A stretch of 64,000 nt of DNA, from assembly GCA_025782575.1 (NCBI GenBank), contig JALGYY010000047.1:14139-78138 (forward strand). Reading direction: 5' to 3'. Shown here piece after piece: positions 18,637 through 26,937 of the stretch (within the stretch, counting starts at the first letter, position 1; the number at the start of each line of letters is the position of its first letter). Under the pieces are notes generated by a model, which was not told the DNA's origin, searched no databases, and saw nothing but the letters and a program-made list of their open reading frames with translations. The DNA comes from a bacterium (GTDB lineage Bacteria; Orphanbacterota; Orphanbacteria; Orphanbacterales; Orphanbacteraceae). The translations under genes and the position numbers were made by a program.

Positions 18637-19340
18637 TAATCGATATTACCAAGAGCGGATATCGGAAGGGGTACCTGCCGAAGACCGGAGTCGGCGTCTT
18701 TCATCCTTTTTTTGCGACCGCCAATGCCGCGTTCCGGAAGAAGACGCTGGAAGAAGTGGGCGGCTTCGACACGAATTGCGAAACCGGAGAGGACGTGGAC
18801 CTCTCGATTCGGGTGGCTCACGCCGGCTATGAGCTCTGGTTCGAGCCGAAGGCGAGAATCGCACACCACCACCGCTATACATTGCGCGGACTTCTTCGCC
18901 AATGGTTCGACTACGGCTTCGGGCACGCCTATCTCTTTCGGAAACACGATCCCCGGAGGAGGCTCCAGTTTTTTCGGTACGATCTTTCAGACCGCAATCC
19001 GAATCCATTCGGGATCGCCCGAGTTGCCGACATTCCCTGTCCCGTGCCGGGGATGATCTTCTTCAGTAGCTTCCACTTCATGCATGGGTCGATTCTGGCC
19101 GCCATCGTCGGCGCGACTCTTGGTTGGGACAGTTTTGTCGTATGCGCCGCCGCCGGATTTCTGTTGAGCGCCGGCTGGTATTTCGGAATCCGTTTCGACT
19201 GGAAGACACCCGCCCGATCCGTCCTCTTTTCCGGGATCCGCTACGTGGCGGATGCCGCATATGTACTCGGCGGTTTGCTCGGAGGAATCCGGCACGGCAT
19301 GATCTATCTGGAAGCGACTCGAACAAGGAAACGGTCGTGA
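18633..19340 (+). CDS. Glycosyltransferase family 2, C-terminal portion (frameshift-split partner of 18178..18636)
   Basis: FRKKTLEEVGGFDTNCETGEDVDLSIRVAHAGYEL is the GT2 C-half, followed by TM helices. The reading frame is open upstream only back to 18576. Together the two ORFs make one GT2 of about 385 aa interrupted by a -1/+1 shift. Confidence 0.6.
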   Translation: MIIDITKSGYRKGYLPKTGVGVFHPFFATANAAFRKKTLEEVGGFDTNCETGEDVDLSIRVAHAGYELWFEPKARIAHHHRYTLRGLLRQWFDYGFGHAYLFRKHDPRRRLQFFRYDLSDRNPNPFGIARVADIPCPVPGMIFFSSFHFMHGSILAAIVGATLGWDSFVVCAAAGFLLSAGWYFGIRFDWKTPARSVLFSGIRYVADAAYVLGGLLGGIRHGMIYLEATRTRKRS

Positions 19341-20533
19341 GCCGGATTCGATACGGGGTAGTGGGGCTTCGCGGTATCGGAAGTCAGCATTGCCGGTTTG
19401 CCGGCCGGAATCCGAAGGTGGAACTGGTCGCCGTAGCGGATGTCGACCGCCGCCTGTCATACGAAGTGGCCGCCCAATTCGGGGCAAAGGCGTTCACGGA
19501 CTACAGAGAAATGATTCGGGAGGCCCGTCTCGATGCCGTCTCCATCGCCGTACCGAATCATCTGCATCACTCCATTGCGATCGAGTGTATGGAACTGGGC
19601 GTGCATGTCTTTCTCGAGAAACCGATCGCACTGACACTCGAGGACGCCGACCGGGTGATCGAAACAGCCCGCGCCACAGGACGAAAGCTTTGCATCAGCT
19701 ATCAGTATCGGTTGTTCCGGGTGCATCGAACCATAAAGGAACTGATCGAGTCGGATGCCATCGGGAAACTTCGCCGCATCCTCTGGACATGGACCCAGCT
19801 TCGAACGACCGGTTACTTTGATCACTTTGATTGGCGGAGGAAGTGGCCTGTTGCCGGCGGCGGAGTGCTGATGCACAACCTGAGCCACGACCTGAACGTG
19901 CTCAGCTGGCTCGCCGGGCCGGTGGCCGAGGTAACCGGCCTGGCTCTCAATCAGATTCAGGAAACGGATACCGAAGACATGTTTTCCGGTTCCATTCTCT
20001 TTCGGAGCGGGGCGATTGCCACGCTTCAGGCCACACTCAACCAGCCCCAGGCACATGTCGTTCGACAGCTCGCCGGTGACAAGGGCATGATCTCGATCCA
20101 GGAGGCAGCGAGTGTCGTATTCGATTACAAGGATCACGTCATGCTCGGGAGTTTCAGCGCTCCTGTCGGAGAGCTTCGCAGCAAACTGAGCAAGTCGGTG
20201 AAGCAGCCTTCCGTCTCCTGGAAGAATGTGCCCCTTCGGGGGGATCCCCCGAAATGGAAGAAGCTGCTCGAGCGATTCGGCCTTGTCCCCGATTTGAAAC
20301 CTAATTGTCTTGCCGTATTGCTGGACAGTTTTGCCGATTCGATTCAGGGAGATGGTGAGCCGATCGTAACTGGAGAGGATGGCCGGGATACGCTCGAGCT
20401 GGTAAACGCGTTCTATCTTTCCATATTCCGAAAAAAGACTGTGGTGCTCCCGGTAGACCGGGAAGAAGACAGAGAGATGCATCAGTCCTGGGTTACGGGA
20501 AGCTCAACCCTGGAGCGAGTCCCAAGAGGATAA
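19337..20533 (+). CDS. Gfo/Idh/MocA family NAD(P)-dependent oxidoreductase
   Basis: RYGVVGLRGIGSQH Rossmann N-terminus, EKP motif (VFLEKPIALT), and a C-terminal alpha/beta domain. GTG start overlaps the upstream stop (GTGA). Confidence 0.85.
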   Translation: MSRIRYGVVGLRGIGSQHCRFAGRNPKVELVAVADVDRRLSYEVAAQFGAKAFTDYREMIREARLDAVSIAVPNHLHHSIAIECMELGVHVFLEKPIALTLEDADRVIETARATGRKLCISYQYRLFRVHRTIKELIESDAIGKLRRILWTWTQLRTTGYFDHFDWRRKWPVAGGGVLMHNLSHDLNVLSWLAGPVAEVTGLALNQIQETDTEDMFSGSILFRSGAIATLQATLNQPQAHVVRQLAGDKGMISIQEAASVVFDYKDHVMLGSFSAPVGELRSKLSKSVKQPSVSWKNVPLRGDPPKWKKLLERFGLVPDLKPNCLAVLLDSFADSIQGDGEPIVTGEDGRDTLELVNAFYLSIFRKKTVVLPVDREEDREMHQSWVTGSSTLERVPRG

Positions 20534-20538
20534 CGAAC

Positions 20539-21471
20539 GTGGCGGGTATACGGCGTAAGATCCGGAGGTGGATGCGGAGGAATGGCCGTCTCGACGCTCA
20601 CAGCTCCGGATTTCACAATCTGTTTCCGAATGGTGCTCGCCTGGAGCGACTGGCGACAGGATTTCGCTTCACCGAGGGGCCGGTCTGGCTGCCCCGGGAA
20701 GAAGCATTGCTCTTCAGTGATATCCCGGGAAATCGCATCTACCGCATCTCTCGGAATGACAACCTTTCTGTATTTCGCGAGCCGAGCGGCCACGCGAACG
20801 GCCTTACACTCGATCACGCCGGCCGGCTCATTGCATGCGAACAGGGAAACAGGCGGGTCACCGCGACGAACGAAGACGGTCATCCGGATGTTGTTGCGGG
20901 ATCTTATGAGAATCGGAAGCTGAACAGTCCCAACGACGTCGTAGTCAAATCTGACGGTTCGATCTGGTTTACCGACCCTCCCTACGGTATCGAATTGACT
21001 GAGCAGGAACAGCCCGCGCAGGGGGTTTATCGGGTTCCGCCCGGCGGAGGTGCCCCTGAACTGGTGGCTGCCGATTTCTCGATGCCGAACGGCCTGGCGT
21101 TCTCACCTGACGAGGCGGTTCTCTACATCGACGATTCGTCACAGGAGAAACGGCACATTCGCCGATTCCAGGTGATCGACGGCGTGCGGCTCGAAGGGGG
21201 AGAGGTCTTCCACGACATGAACGTTCGAGAACCGGGAGCGCCGGACGGCATGAAAGTCGATGAGCAAGGGCGTGTCTGGTGCACAGGGGCCGGAGGTGTC
21301 TGGGTACTCTCCCATGAGGGCGAACACCTCGGGACGCTGATCATGCCGGAGAAGCCGTCCAATTGTGCCTGGGCAGGTCCGGTTCGATCCACTCTCGTGA
21401 TTACGGCTGAAACATCGGTCTACAGCATCGAAACGTCCGTCTGCGGCATCGCCTCCCCTATCCTTTCCTAA
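20539..21471 (+). CDS. SMP-30/gluconolactonase/LRE-like beta-propeller hydrolase
   Basis: FTEGPVWLPREEALLFSDIPGNRIYRI, NGLTLDHAGRLIACE, SPNDVVVKSDGSIWFTDPPYG, PNGLAFSPDE. These are the typical repeated blades of the gluconolactonase family. Confidence 0.8.
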   Translation: MAGIRRKIRRWMRRNGRLDAHSSGFHNLFPNGARLERLATGFRFTEGPVWLPREEALLFSDIPGNRIYRISRNDNLSVFREPSGHANGLTLDHAGRLIACEQGNRRVTATNEDGHPDVVAGSYENRKLNSPNDVVVKSDGSIWFTDPPYGIELTEQEQPAQGVYRVPPGGGAPELVAADFSMPNGLAFSPDEAVLYIDDSSQEKRHIRRFQVIDGVRLEGGEVFHDMNVREPGAPDGMKVDEQGRVWCTGAGGVWVLSHEGEHLGTLIMPEKPSNCAWAGPVRSTLVITAETSVYSIETSVCGIASPILS

Positions 21472-21522
21472 TTCGGTCGCCCGTTCAATCGGGATCGGCT
21501 AAACTGGTCACAACATTATGTA

Positions 21523-22341
21523 TTGCAGAAACGAACTCAAGGAGAGAAGTACGTGAAATGCCATGAGGTGGAATATGAGATTTTCGGGGACGACATGCAG
21601 GTGGTGGAGGTCGAGCTCGACCCCAACGAATCAGTAATCGCTGAAGCGGGCGCTATGAACTGGATGGAGGAGCAGATTACGTTCGAGGCGCGCATGGGAG
21701 ATGGTTCGAAACAGGACGAAGGCGTAATCAGCAAGCTCCTCAGTGCCGGGAAAAGAGTGCTCACAGGTGAATCAATTTTCATGACCCATTTCATGAATGC
21801 CGGTTCAGGGAAAAAGCGCGTTGCGTTTGCCGCGCCTTACCCCGGAAAAATCATCCCGATCGACATGGCGGCGGTAGGCAATGAGCTGATCTGCCAGAAG
21901 GATTCATTTCTCTGCGCCGCGCTCGGAACGGAAGTGAGCATTGCCTTCGCCAAACGACTCGGCACCGGTTTCTTCGGCGGCGAAGGGTTCATTCTGCAGC
22001 GACTCCGCGGTGATGGCATGGCATTCGTCCATGCGGGGGGGACCGTGATCAAGAGGGAGCTGACAGGAGAAACGCTTCGCGTTGATACGGGTTGTATCGT
22101 AGCGTTTTCGCCCGGTATCGATTACGACATTCAGCGGGCGGGTGGGCTCAAATCGATGTTCTTCGGCGGCGAGGGTCTGTTCCTGGCAACTCTTCGTGGT
22201 ACAGGTACGATCTATCTGCAGAGCCTGCCGTTTTCGCGGCTCGCCGACCGCGTGTTGGCGCATGCCCCCCGTGCGGGGGGAAGCAGGAAGGGTGAAGGGT
22301 CCGTCCTCGGCAAACTCGGCAATCTGCTGGACGGAGATTAG
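21523..22341 (+). CDS. TIGR00266 / AIM24-family protein (DUF124)
   Basis: (V)[39 protein letters not shown] matches the conserved N-terminus of TIGR00266-family proteins. The true start may be GTG 21553. Confidence 0.7.
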   Translation: MQKRTQGEKYVKCHEVEYEIFGDDMQVVEVELDPNESVIAEAGAMNWMEEQITFEARMGDGSKQDEGVISKLLSAGKRVLTGESIFMTHFMNAGSGKKRVAFAAPYPGKIIPIDMAAVGNELICQKDSFLCAALGTEVSIAFAKRLGTGFFGGEGFILQRLRGDGMAFVHAGGTVIKRELTGETLRVDTGCIVAFSPGIDYDIQRAGGLKSMFFGGEGLFLATLRGTGTIYLQSLPFSRLADRVLAHAPRAGGSRKGEGSVLGKLGNLLDGD

Positions 22342-22355
22342 TCCGGAGATCAGTA

Positions 22356-22946
22356 ATGAGAGGGTCAATAGTCATGAGAGTCGGGAAAATGCAGGTCGCT
22401 GCCATCGCTATCTTTGCGCTTCTCTTCGCGTTCGGGTGCGGTGACGACGAGTCCCCTGTCGGTGCGAACGGCAACGGTATTCCCACCGGAAACCAGGCGC
22501 CGGATTTCGCACTGGCCGATGTCAACTCCTCGTCGGCAACCAATGGTGAAATGGTCTCGCCGCGGGATTACGAAGGAAAAGTATCGGCATGGTACTTCGG
22601 TCGCTCCACCTGAGGTTACTGTCTTAGCCAGTTTGGCTATCTCAACCAGATCCAATCTGAGATCAACGAATCAAAGACGGGCCTCGAAATCCACATCCTG
22701 GGTCTGAACGGCGCAGGCCACGAAGGGGGAAACGGAACAGTCCCCGATTTCGGAACTCTTCCCTGGCTTCAGGATACGGACGAGCAACATGTATGGGAGA
22801 CCTGGTCGGTGACGTACAGAGATGTCGTCATTCTTGATTCTGATAACGAGCCGTTTGCCGTATACAATTTAACGGAAAACGATCTTTCCAGGTCGGAGTA
22901 TCGCGATGCTCTTCGGGCGCTCCTTGATCAGGCAGCCGGAGATTGA
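22356..22946 (+). CDS. TlpA/redoxin-like thiol-disulfide oxidoreductase lipoprotein, predicted selenoprotein (in-frame UGA 22611-22613 read as Sec; UxxC)
   Basis: The track ORF 22356..22613 ends ...KVSAWYFGRST*. The same frame continues with no stop for 110 codons to TGA 22944-22946, giving ...YFGRST-U-GYCLSQFGYL... plus a thioredoxin-fold C-half (VPDFGTLPWLQDTDEQHVWETWSVTYRDVVILDSDNEPFAVYNL). The UGA occupies the first Cys of the CxxC redox motif. Lipoprotein signal ALLFAFGC. Confidence 0.6.
22614..22650 (+). promoter_or_regulatory. Candidate bacterial SECIS hairpin immediately 3' of the UGA
   Basis: GGUU-acugucu-UAGCCA-guu-UGGCUA-ucuc-AACC. Lower 4-bp stem, internal loop, and a 6-bp upper stem starting 12 nt after UGA, with a small G/U-containing apical loop. 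Topology is consistent with bSECIS. Confidence 0.4.
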
Positions 22947-22968
22947 GCATTCGGGAGAAGACTCAGAA

Positions 22969-24723
22969 ATGCCCCGTATGAGTACCGCTTGGCGCCGCTC
23001 TATCGTTTTGCTCTCCATTCTTTCAGTTGCCGCTCTCTTCGGAGGGTGCGGATCTGACGATGACGGTGTGGTCGGTCCCGGAGGATCCGAACTCGCCCTT
23101 TTCATCAACGAGTTGCTCGCGAACAATTCCACAGGACTTGCTGATCCCGACTTTGGTGAGAAGAGCGATTGGATCGAGATTTATAACGGCGAAGGTGAAG
23201 CGGTCGATATGGGCGGATTCGGGTTGACGGATGATCGTTCCCAACCATTTAAGTGGGTTTTTCCTGCCGGCACGATGATCCCGGCCGGCGGGTTCCTGAT
23301 CGTATGGGCAGATGACGGCGACACGACGGCGATCGCCCATCACGCCAACTTCAAGCTGAGTTCCGGCGGAGAAAAAGCAGTGCTGTTCGATGCCGATGGT
23401 AACGTCGTGGATCTCGTTGAATTCGGCGCGCAGGTGGAAGACATCTCCTACGGACGAACGGCGGACGGCGGAGGCCAGTTCGGCACGTTCACCGTTCCCA
23501 CGCCGGGAGTGACGAATGGTGCCGCCGTGACACCGGCCGCGATTCATATCAACGAGTTCCTAGCGGACAATGAAAACGGAATCGTCGATCCGGATTTCGG
23601 TGAAACGGGTGACTGGGTGGAGCTCTATAACAGTGGAGACCTGTCGGCCAATATCGGGGGTTGGACGATGACGGATGATCTCGAGGATCCGGGGCAGTGG
23701 ACCTTTCCGCCGGGAACTTCAATCGACGGCGGGGGCTTCCTTCTCGTATGGGCCGACAAAAACGACACGTCGGCCGTAGCGCATCACACGAATTTCAAGC
23801 TGAGCTCCGGGGGCGAATCGATCGGACTTTTCGATGGGGCAGGGAAAGTGGTGGACAGCCTCACCTACGGCGAGCAGCAACCAGATGTCTCGTACGGCCG
23901 GATCGAGGATGGCGAATCGGAGTTTGCGGGTTTCGGAAGCCCGACGCCCGGGGAAAGTAACGAGAATTCCACGCCGGACGCGCCCCCCGTCATCCATGCG
24001 GTGTGGATCTCGCCGGCATTCCCGACCGCAGAAGATAGCGTCAGGATCACGGCGATCGTTACGGACGATATGTCACTCGGTCTGGTCAGGCTTTTTCACA
24101 ATATCGGCGGCCAGACCGTGGTCGGAATGACCGAGACGGGGGCCGATACATTCTTTGTAGTGTTACCGCCCCAACCATCCGAAACAGTGGTCGAATACTA
24201 TATGGAGGCGACGGACGAAGCCCTGCAGGTTACGAGCGCCCCATCAGACGCTCCAGCATCTCTGTTCAGTTATCTGGTTGCTTCCGCACCTCCGATGGTG
24301 GTGATCAACGAGTTTCTCGCGAGCAACGACAGCACCAATATCGATCCCGATTTCGCGGACTACGGAGACTGGCTGGAGCTATACAACGCCGGCGCATCTC
24401 CGGTCGATCTCGGCGGGTGGTATCTGACTGATGACCTTGCTGATCCGACATTATGGGAGATTCCTTCAAGTACTTCGCTCGCCGTCGGTGCTCATCTGCT
24501 GATCTGGGCGGATGACGGGGACACCACGGGCATCGCTCTTCACACCAATTTCAAGTTGAAGAGTGGTGGGGAGGAGATCGGGCTCTTCACGGCCGGCCAG
24601 GTACCCATGGATACGCTCACCTACGGTGTCCAGGCGACTGACGTATCGTACGGACGATCAACCGATGGCGGTTCGGAGTGGGAGTTCTTCGACATACCGA
24701 CGCCGGGCGAATCGAACGAATAG
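22969..24723 (+). CDS. Lipoprotein with four tandem lamin-tail-domain (LTD) repeats
   Basis: Lipobox AALFGGC. Four ~130-aa repeats of INEfLA-N...DPDFGE-GDW-ElYN.G...-GGw-LTDD...W-fP-gT-I-GGFL-vWADdgD...A-H-NFKL-S-GGE-igLF...G..VD..tYG. This is the LTD (PF00932) signature. Confidence 0.8.
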   Translation: MPRMSTAWRRSIVLLSILSVAALFGGCGSDDDGVVGPGGSELALFINELLANNSTGLADPDFGEKSDWIEIYNGEGEAVDMGGFGLTDDRSQPFKWVFPAGTMIPAGGFLIVWADDGDTTAIAHHANFKLSSGGEKAVLFDADGNVVDLVEFGAQVEDISYGRTADGGGQFGTFTVPTPGVTNGAAVTPAAIHINEFLADNENGIVDPDFGETGDWVELYNSGDLSANIGGWTMTDDLEDPGQWTFPPGTSIDGGGFLLVWADKNDTSAVAHHTNFKLSSGGESIGLFDGAGKVVDSLTYGEQQPDVSYGRIEDGESEFAGFGSPTPGESNENSTPDAPPVIHAVWISPAFPTAEDSVRITAIVTDDMSLGLVRLFHNIGGQTVVGMTETGADTFFVVLPPQPSETVVEYYMEATDEALQVTSAPSDAPASLFSYLVASAPPMVVINEFLASNDSTNIDPDFADYGDWLELYNAGASPVDLGGWYLTDDLADPTLWEIPSSTSLAVGAHLLIWADDGDTTGIALHTNFKLKSGGEEIGLFTAGQVPMDTLTYGVQATDVSYGRSTDGGSEWEFFDIPTPGESNE

Positions 24724-24733
24724 TCCGGGATAG

Positions 24734-24796
24734 CCCCCACCCGACCGTGTGAGTTTTCCTCCCGGGAGGAAGACTCACACAGTCGGGTGGTTGGGG
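24734..24796. terminator. Long imperfect palindrome / bidirectional intrinsic terminator between convergent genes
   Basis: cccccacccgaccgtgtgagttttcctccc|gggaggaagactcacacagtcgggtggttgggg forms a ~26-bp stem with 2 mismatches and a self-complementary centre (ttcctcccgggaggaa). It sits between the + LTD gene and the - ptrB gene. Confidence 0.5.
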
Positions 24797-24797
24797 C

Positions 24798-26915
24798 TCA
24801 ATTCAATAGTCCGGCCAGGTCGAGAATGAAGGCGTATTCGAACGCTGTCTCCTCGTGGCGGGCGAATCGTCCCATCGTGCCGTGATGCCCCGCTTCCATG
24901 TTTGTTTTCAAAAGAATCCGGTTGTCGCTTGTGTTGTAAGCTCTGAGCTTCGCCACCCATTTGGCCGGCTCCCAGTACTGAACCTGACTGTCATGCAGTC
25001 CGGTTGTGACAAGCAGGTTGGGGTAATCACGGGCTGAAACATTATCGTAGGGCGAATAGGACAGCATGTAGTCGTAGTCTTCTTTTATGTTGGGGTTGCC
25101 CCACTCGTCGTATTCGGATGTGGTGAGGGGTATGGATGAATCGAACATAGTGGTAACCACATCCACAAACGGCATGGATGCGATGGCGCCATGAAAGAGG
25201 TCGGGCCGATCGTTGATGACCACACCGACCAGCAGTCCTCCCGCGCTTCCGCCTACAGCGTATAGGCGATCGCTACTGGTATAACCCTCTGCAATGAGAT
25301 GCTCCGCGCAATCGATGAAATCCCTGAACGTGTTCTTCTTCGCATGTTGCCGTCCATCTTCGTACCAGGCCCGGCCCAGTTCCGCACCTCCGCGGACGTG
25401 GGCGATGGCGAACGTCACACCACGATCGATCAGGCTGAGACGGTACGACCGGAAAGAGGCGGTCATGTTGCCGCCGTACGAGCCATAAGCGTAGAGATAA
25501 AGCGGGCTCGAGCCGTCTCTCTTCATTCCCTTCCTGTAGACGATGGAGATCGGGACGGCCGTTCCGTCTCGTGCCTCCGCCCAGAGCCGTTCGGTAACGT
25601 AATTATCCCGATCAAAACCGCCGAGTATCTCTGTCTGCTTCAGAAGTTCTTTCGACCGTGTGGTCATGTCGTAGCGAAAGACCGACTCAGGTGTATTGAG
25701 CGATGTGTAGCCGATTCGGAGAAGCTCCGTATCCTGCCCCGGGTTTTCATCAAACCAGGCGTTGTACGCCGGCTCGCCGAAATTGATGAAGTGATGTTCA
25801 CCACCATCCAGCGGAACGATTCGCATTCGAATCAACCCCTCTTTCCACTCCTTGATTACCAGATGTTTTTCGAAAGCAAGCATGTCTTCCAGGAGAACAT
25901 CTTCGTAGTGAGGAATGACCTCCTTCCAGTTCTCTTCACCCGTTCGACCGACCGGCGTTTCCATAATGCGAAAATTCTTCGCATCTCGATTGGAGAGAAT
26001 GAAGAAGCGATCTCCCAGATGCTCGATTGAGTATTCATGGCCCATTTCGCGCGTCTGAAAGATGCGGAACTCGCCGAACGGATCGTCGGCGTCGAGATAA
26101 CGGATTTCCGTGCTGAGCGTATGTCCCAAATGAATGATGATGTACCTCTCCGATCGGGTCTTACCGATCGATGCCCAGAACGTATCATCCTTCTCCTCGT
26201 AGACGAGGACGTCCGGCGTCTCGCTTCCCACTTCATGCCGCCAGATTTGATACCACCGTAAGGTCGAGGGCTCCTGCCTGCTGTAAAAGACATGCCGGTT
26301 GTCATTCGACCAGACGACCTGGCCTGTCACATCGGGAATAAGATCGGGAAGAGACTCGCCGGTGACGAGATCCTTGAAGTGAATGGTGTAGAATCGGCGC
26401 CCCTTGGTATCGATACCATAGGCGGCTATGTGACCATCCGGACTGACCGAAGCGCTGCGGGCTCGAAAAAAGTGGTGTCCTTCGGCGAGCGCGTTCTCGT
26501 CGATTACGATCTGTTCGGGCGCGTCGAGAGATCCCTTCTTGCGGCACTGAAACGCAAACTCCAGATCTTGCTCGAAACGTTCGTAGTAGAAGTATTCATT
26601 GTCCAAATAAGGAACAGAGGAGTCGTCCTTCTTGTACCGTTCTTTGATCTCCTCGAAGATCACCTTCTGCATGGCGGTCGTGTGGCTCATCACATTTTCT
26701 GCATACTCGTTCTCCCGCGTGAGGTAATCGATCACCTCTTCACTTTCTCTCTCCTTCAGCCAGTAGTAGTTGTCCGTTCGAGTTCCCCCGTGCTCCTGAA
26801 ACTCGTGCGGAATAATCTCGGCGCGAGGCGGGCTTCCCTCGCTCGCCACCCCGCGGCGAACAAATACCATTCCGATAATAAGGGAGACAGCAATCAGCAG
26901 CAGAACCATACGCAT
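24798..26915 (-). CDS. ptrB: Oligopeptidase B / prolyl oligopeptidase family S9A serine peptidase
   Basis: 705 aa with N-terminal signal/TM. Beta-propeller N-domain and catalytic GGSAGGLLVG (GxSxGG), with downstream D and H. Strong overall similarity to protease II. Confidence 0.85.
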   Translation of the reverse strand: MRMVLLLIAVSLIIGMVFVRRGVASEGSPPRAEIIPHEFQEHGGTRTDNYYWLKERESEEVIDYLTRENEYAENVMSHTTAMQKVIFEEIKERYKKDDSSVPYLDNEYFYYERFEQDLEFAFQCRKKGSLDAPEQIVIDENALAEGHHFFRARSASVSPDGHIAAYGIDTKGRRFYTIHFKDLVTGESLPDLIPDVTGQVVWSNDNRHVFYSRQEPSTLRWYQIWRHEVGSETPDVLVYEEKDDTFWASIGKTRSERYIIIHLGHTLSTEIRYLDADDPFGEFRIFQTREMGHEYSIEHLGDRFFILSNRDAKNFRIMETPVGRTGEENWKEVIPHYEDVLLEDMLAFEKHLVIKEWKEGLIRMRIVPLDGGEHHFINFGEPAYNAWFDENPGQDTELLRIGYTSLNTPESVFRYDMTTRSKELLKQTEILGGFDRDNYVTERLWAEARDGTAVPISIVYRKGMKRDGSSPLYLYAYGSYGGNMTASFRSYRLSLIDRGVTFAIAHVRGGAELGRAWYEDGRQHAKKNTFRDFIDCAEHLIAEGYTSSDRLYAVGGSAGGLLVGVVINDRPDLFHGAIASMPFVDVVTTMFDSSIPLTTSEYDEWGNPNIKEDYDYMLSYSPYDNVSARDYPNLLVTTGLHDSQVQYWEPAKWVAKLRAYNTSDNRILLKTNMEAGHHGTMGRFARHEETAFEYAFILDLAGLLN

Positions 26916-26937
26916 GGAGATACCCTCTGTGAGTGGC

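Noticed and set aside
19457-20482. 341-aa antisense ORF inside the Gfo/Idh/MocA gene
   Set aside because: Long stop-free antisense frames are expected at this GC content. It has no recognisable motifs, and the sense strand encodes a well-supported oxidoreductase. The same applies to 8482..9264 (+), 9703..10323 (-), 1340..1765 (-) and 2152..2610 (+).
22414-22707. Alternative-frame ORF (97 aa) overlapping the UGA region
   Set aside because: Its translation is low-complexity (RSGAVTTSPLSVRTATVFPPETRRR...). The in-frame read-through of the redoxin ORF encodes a coherent thioredoxin fold instead.
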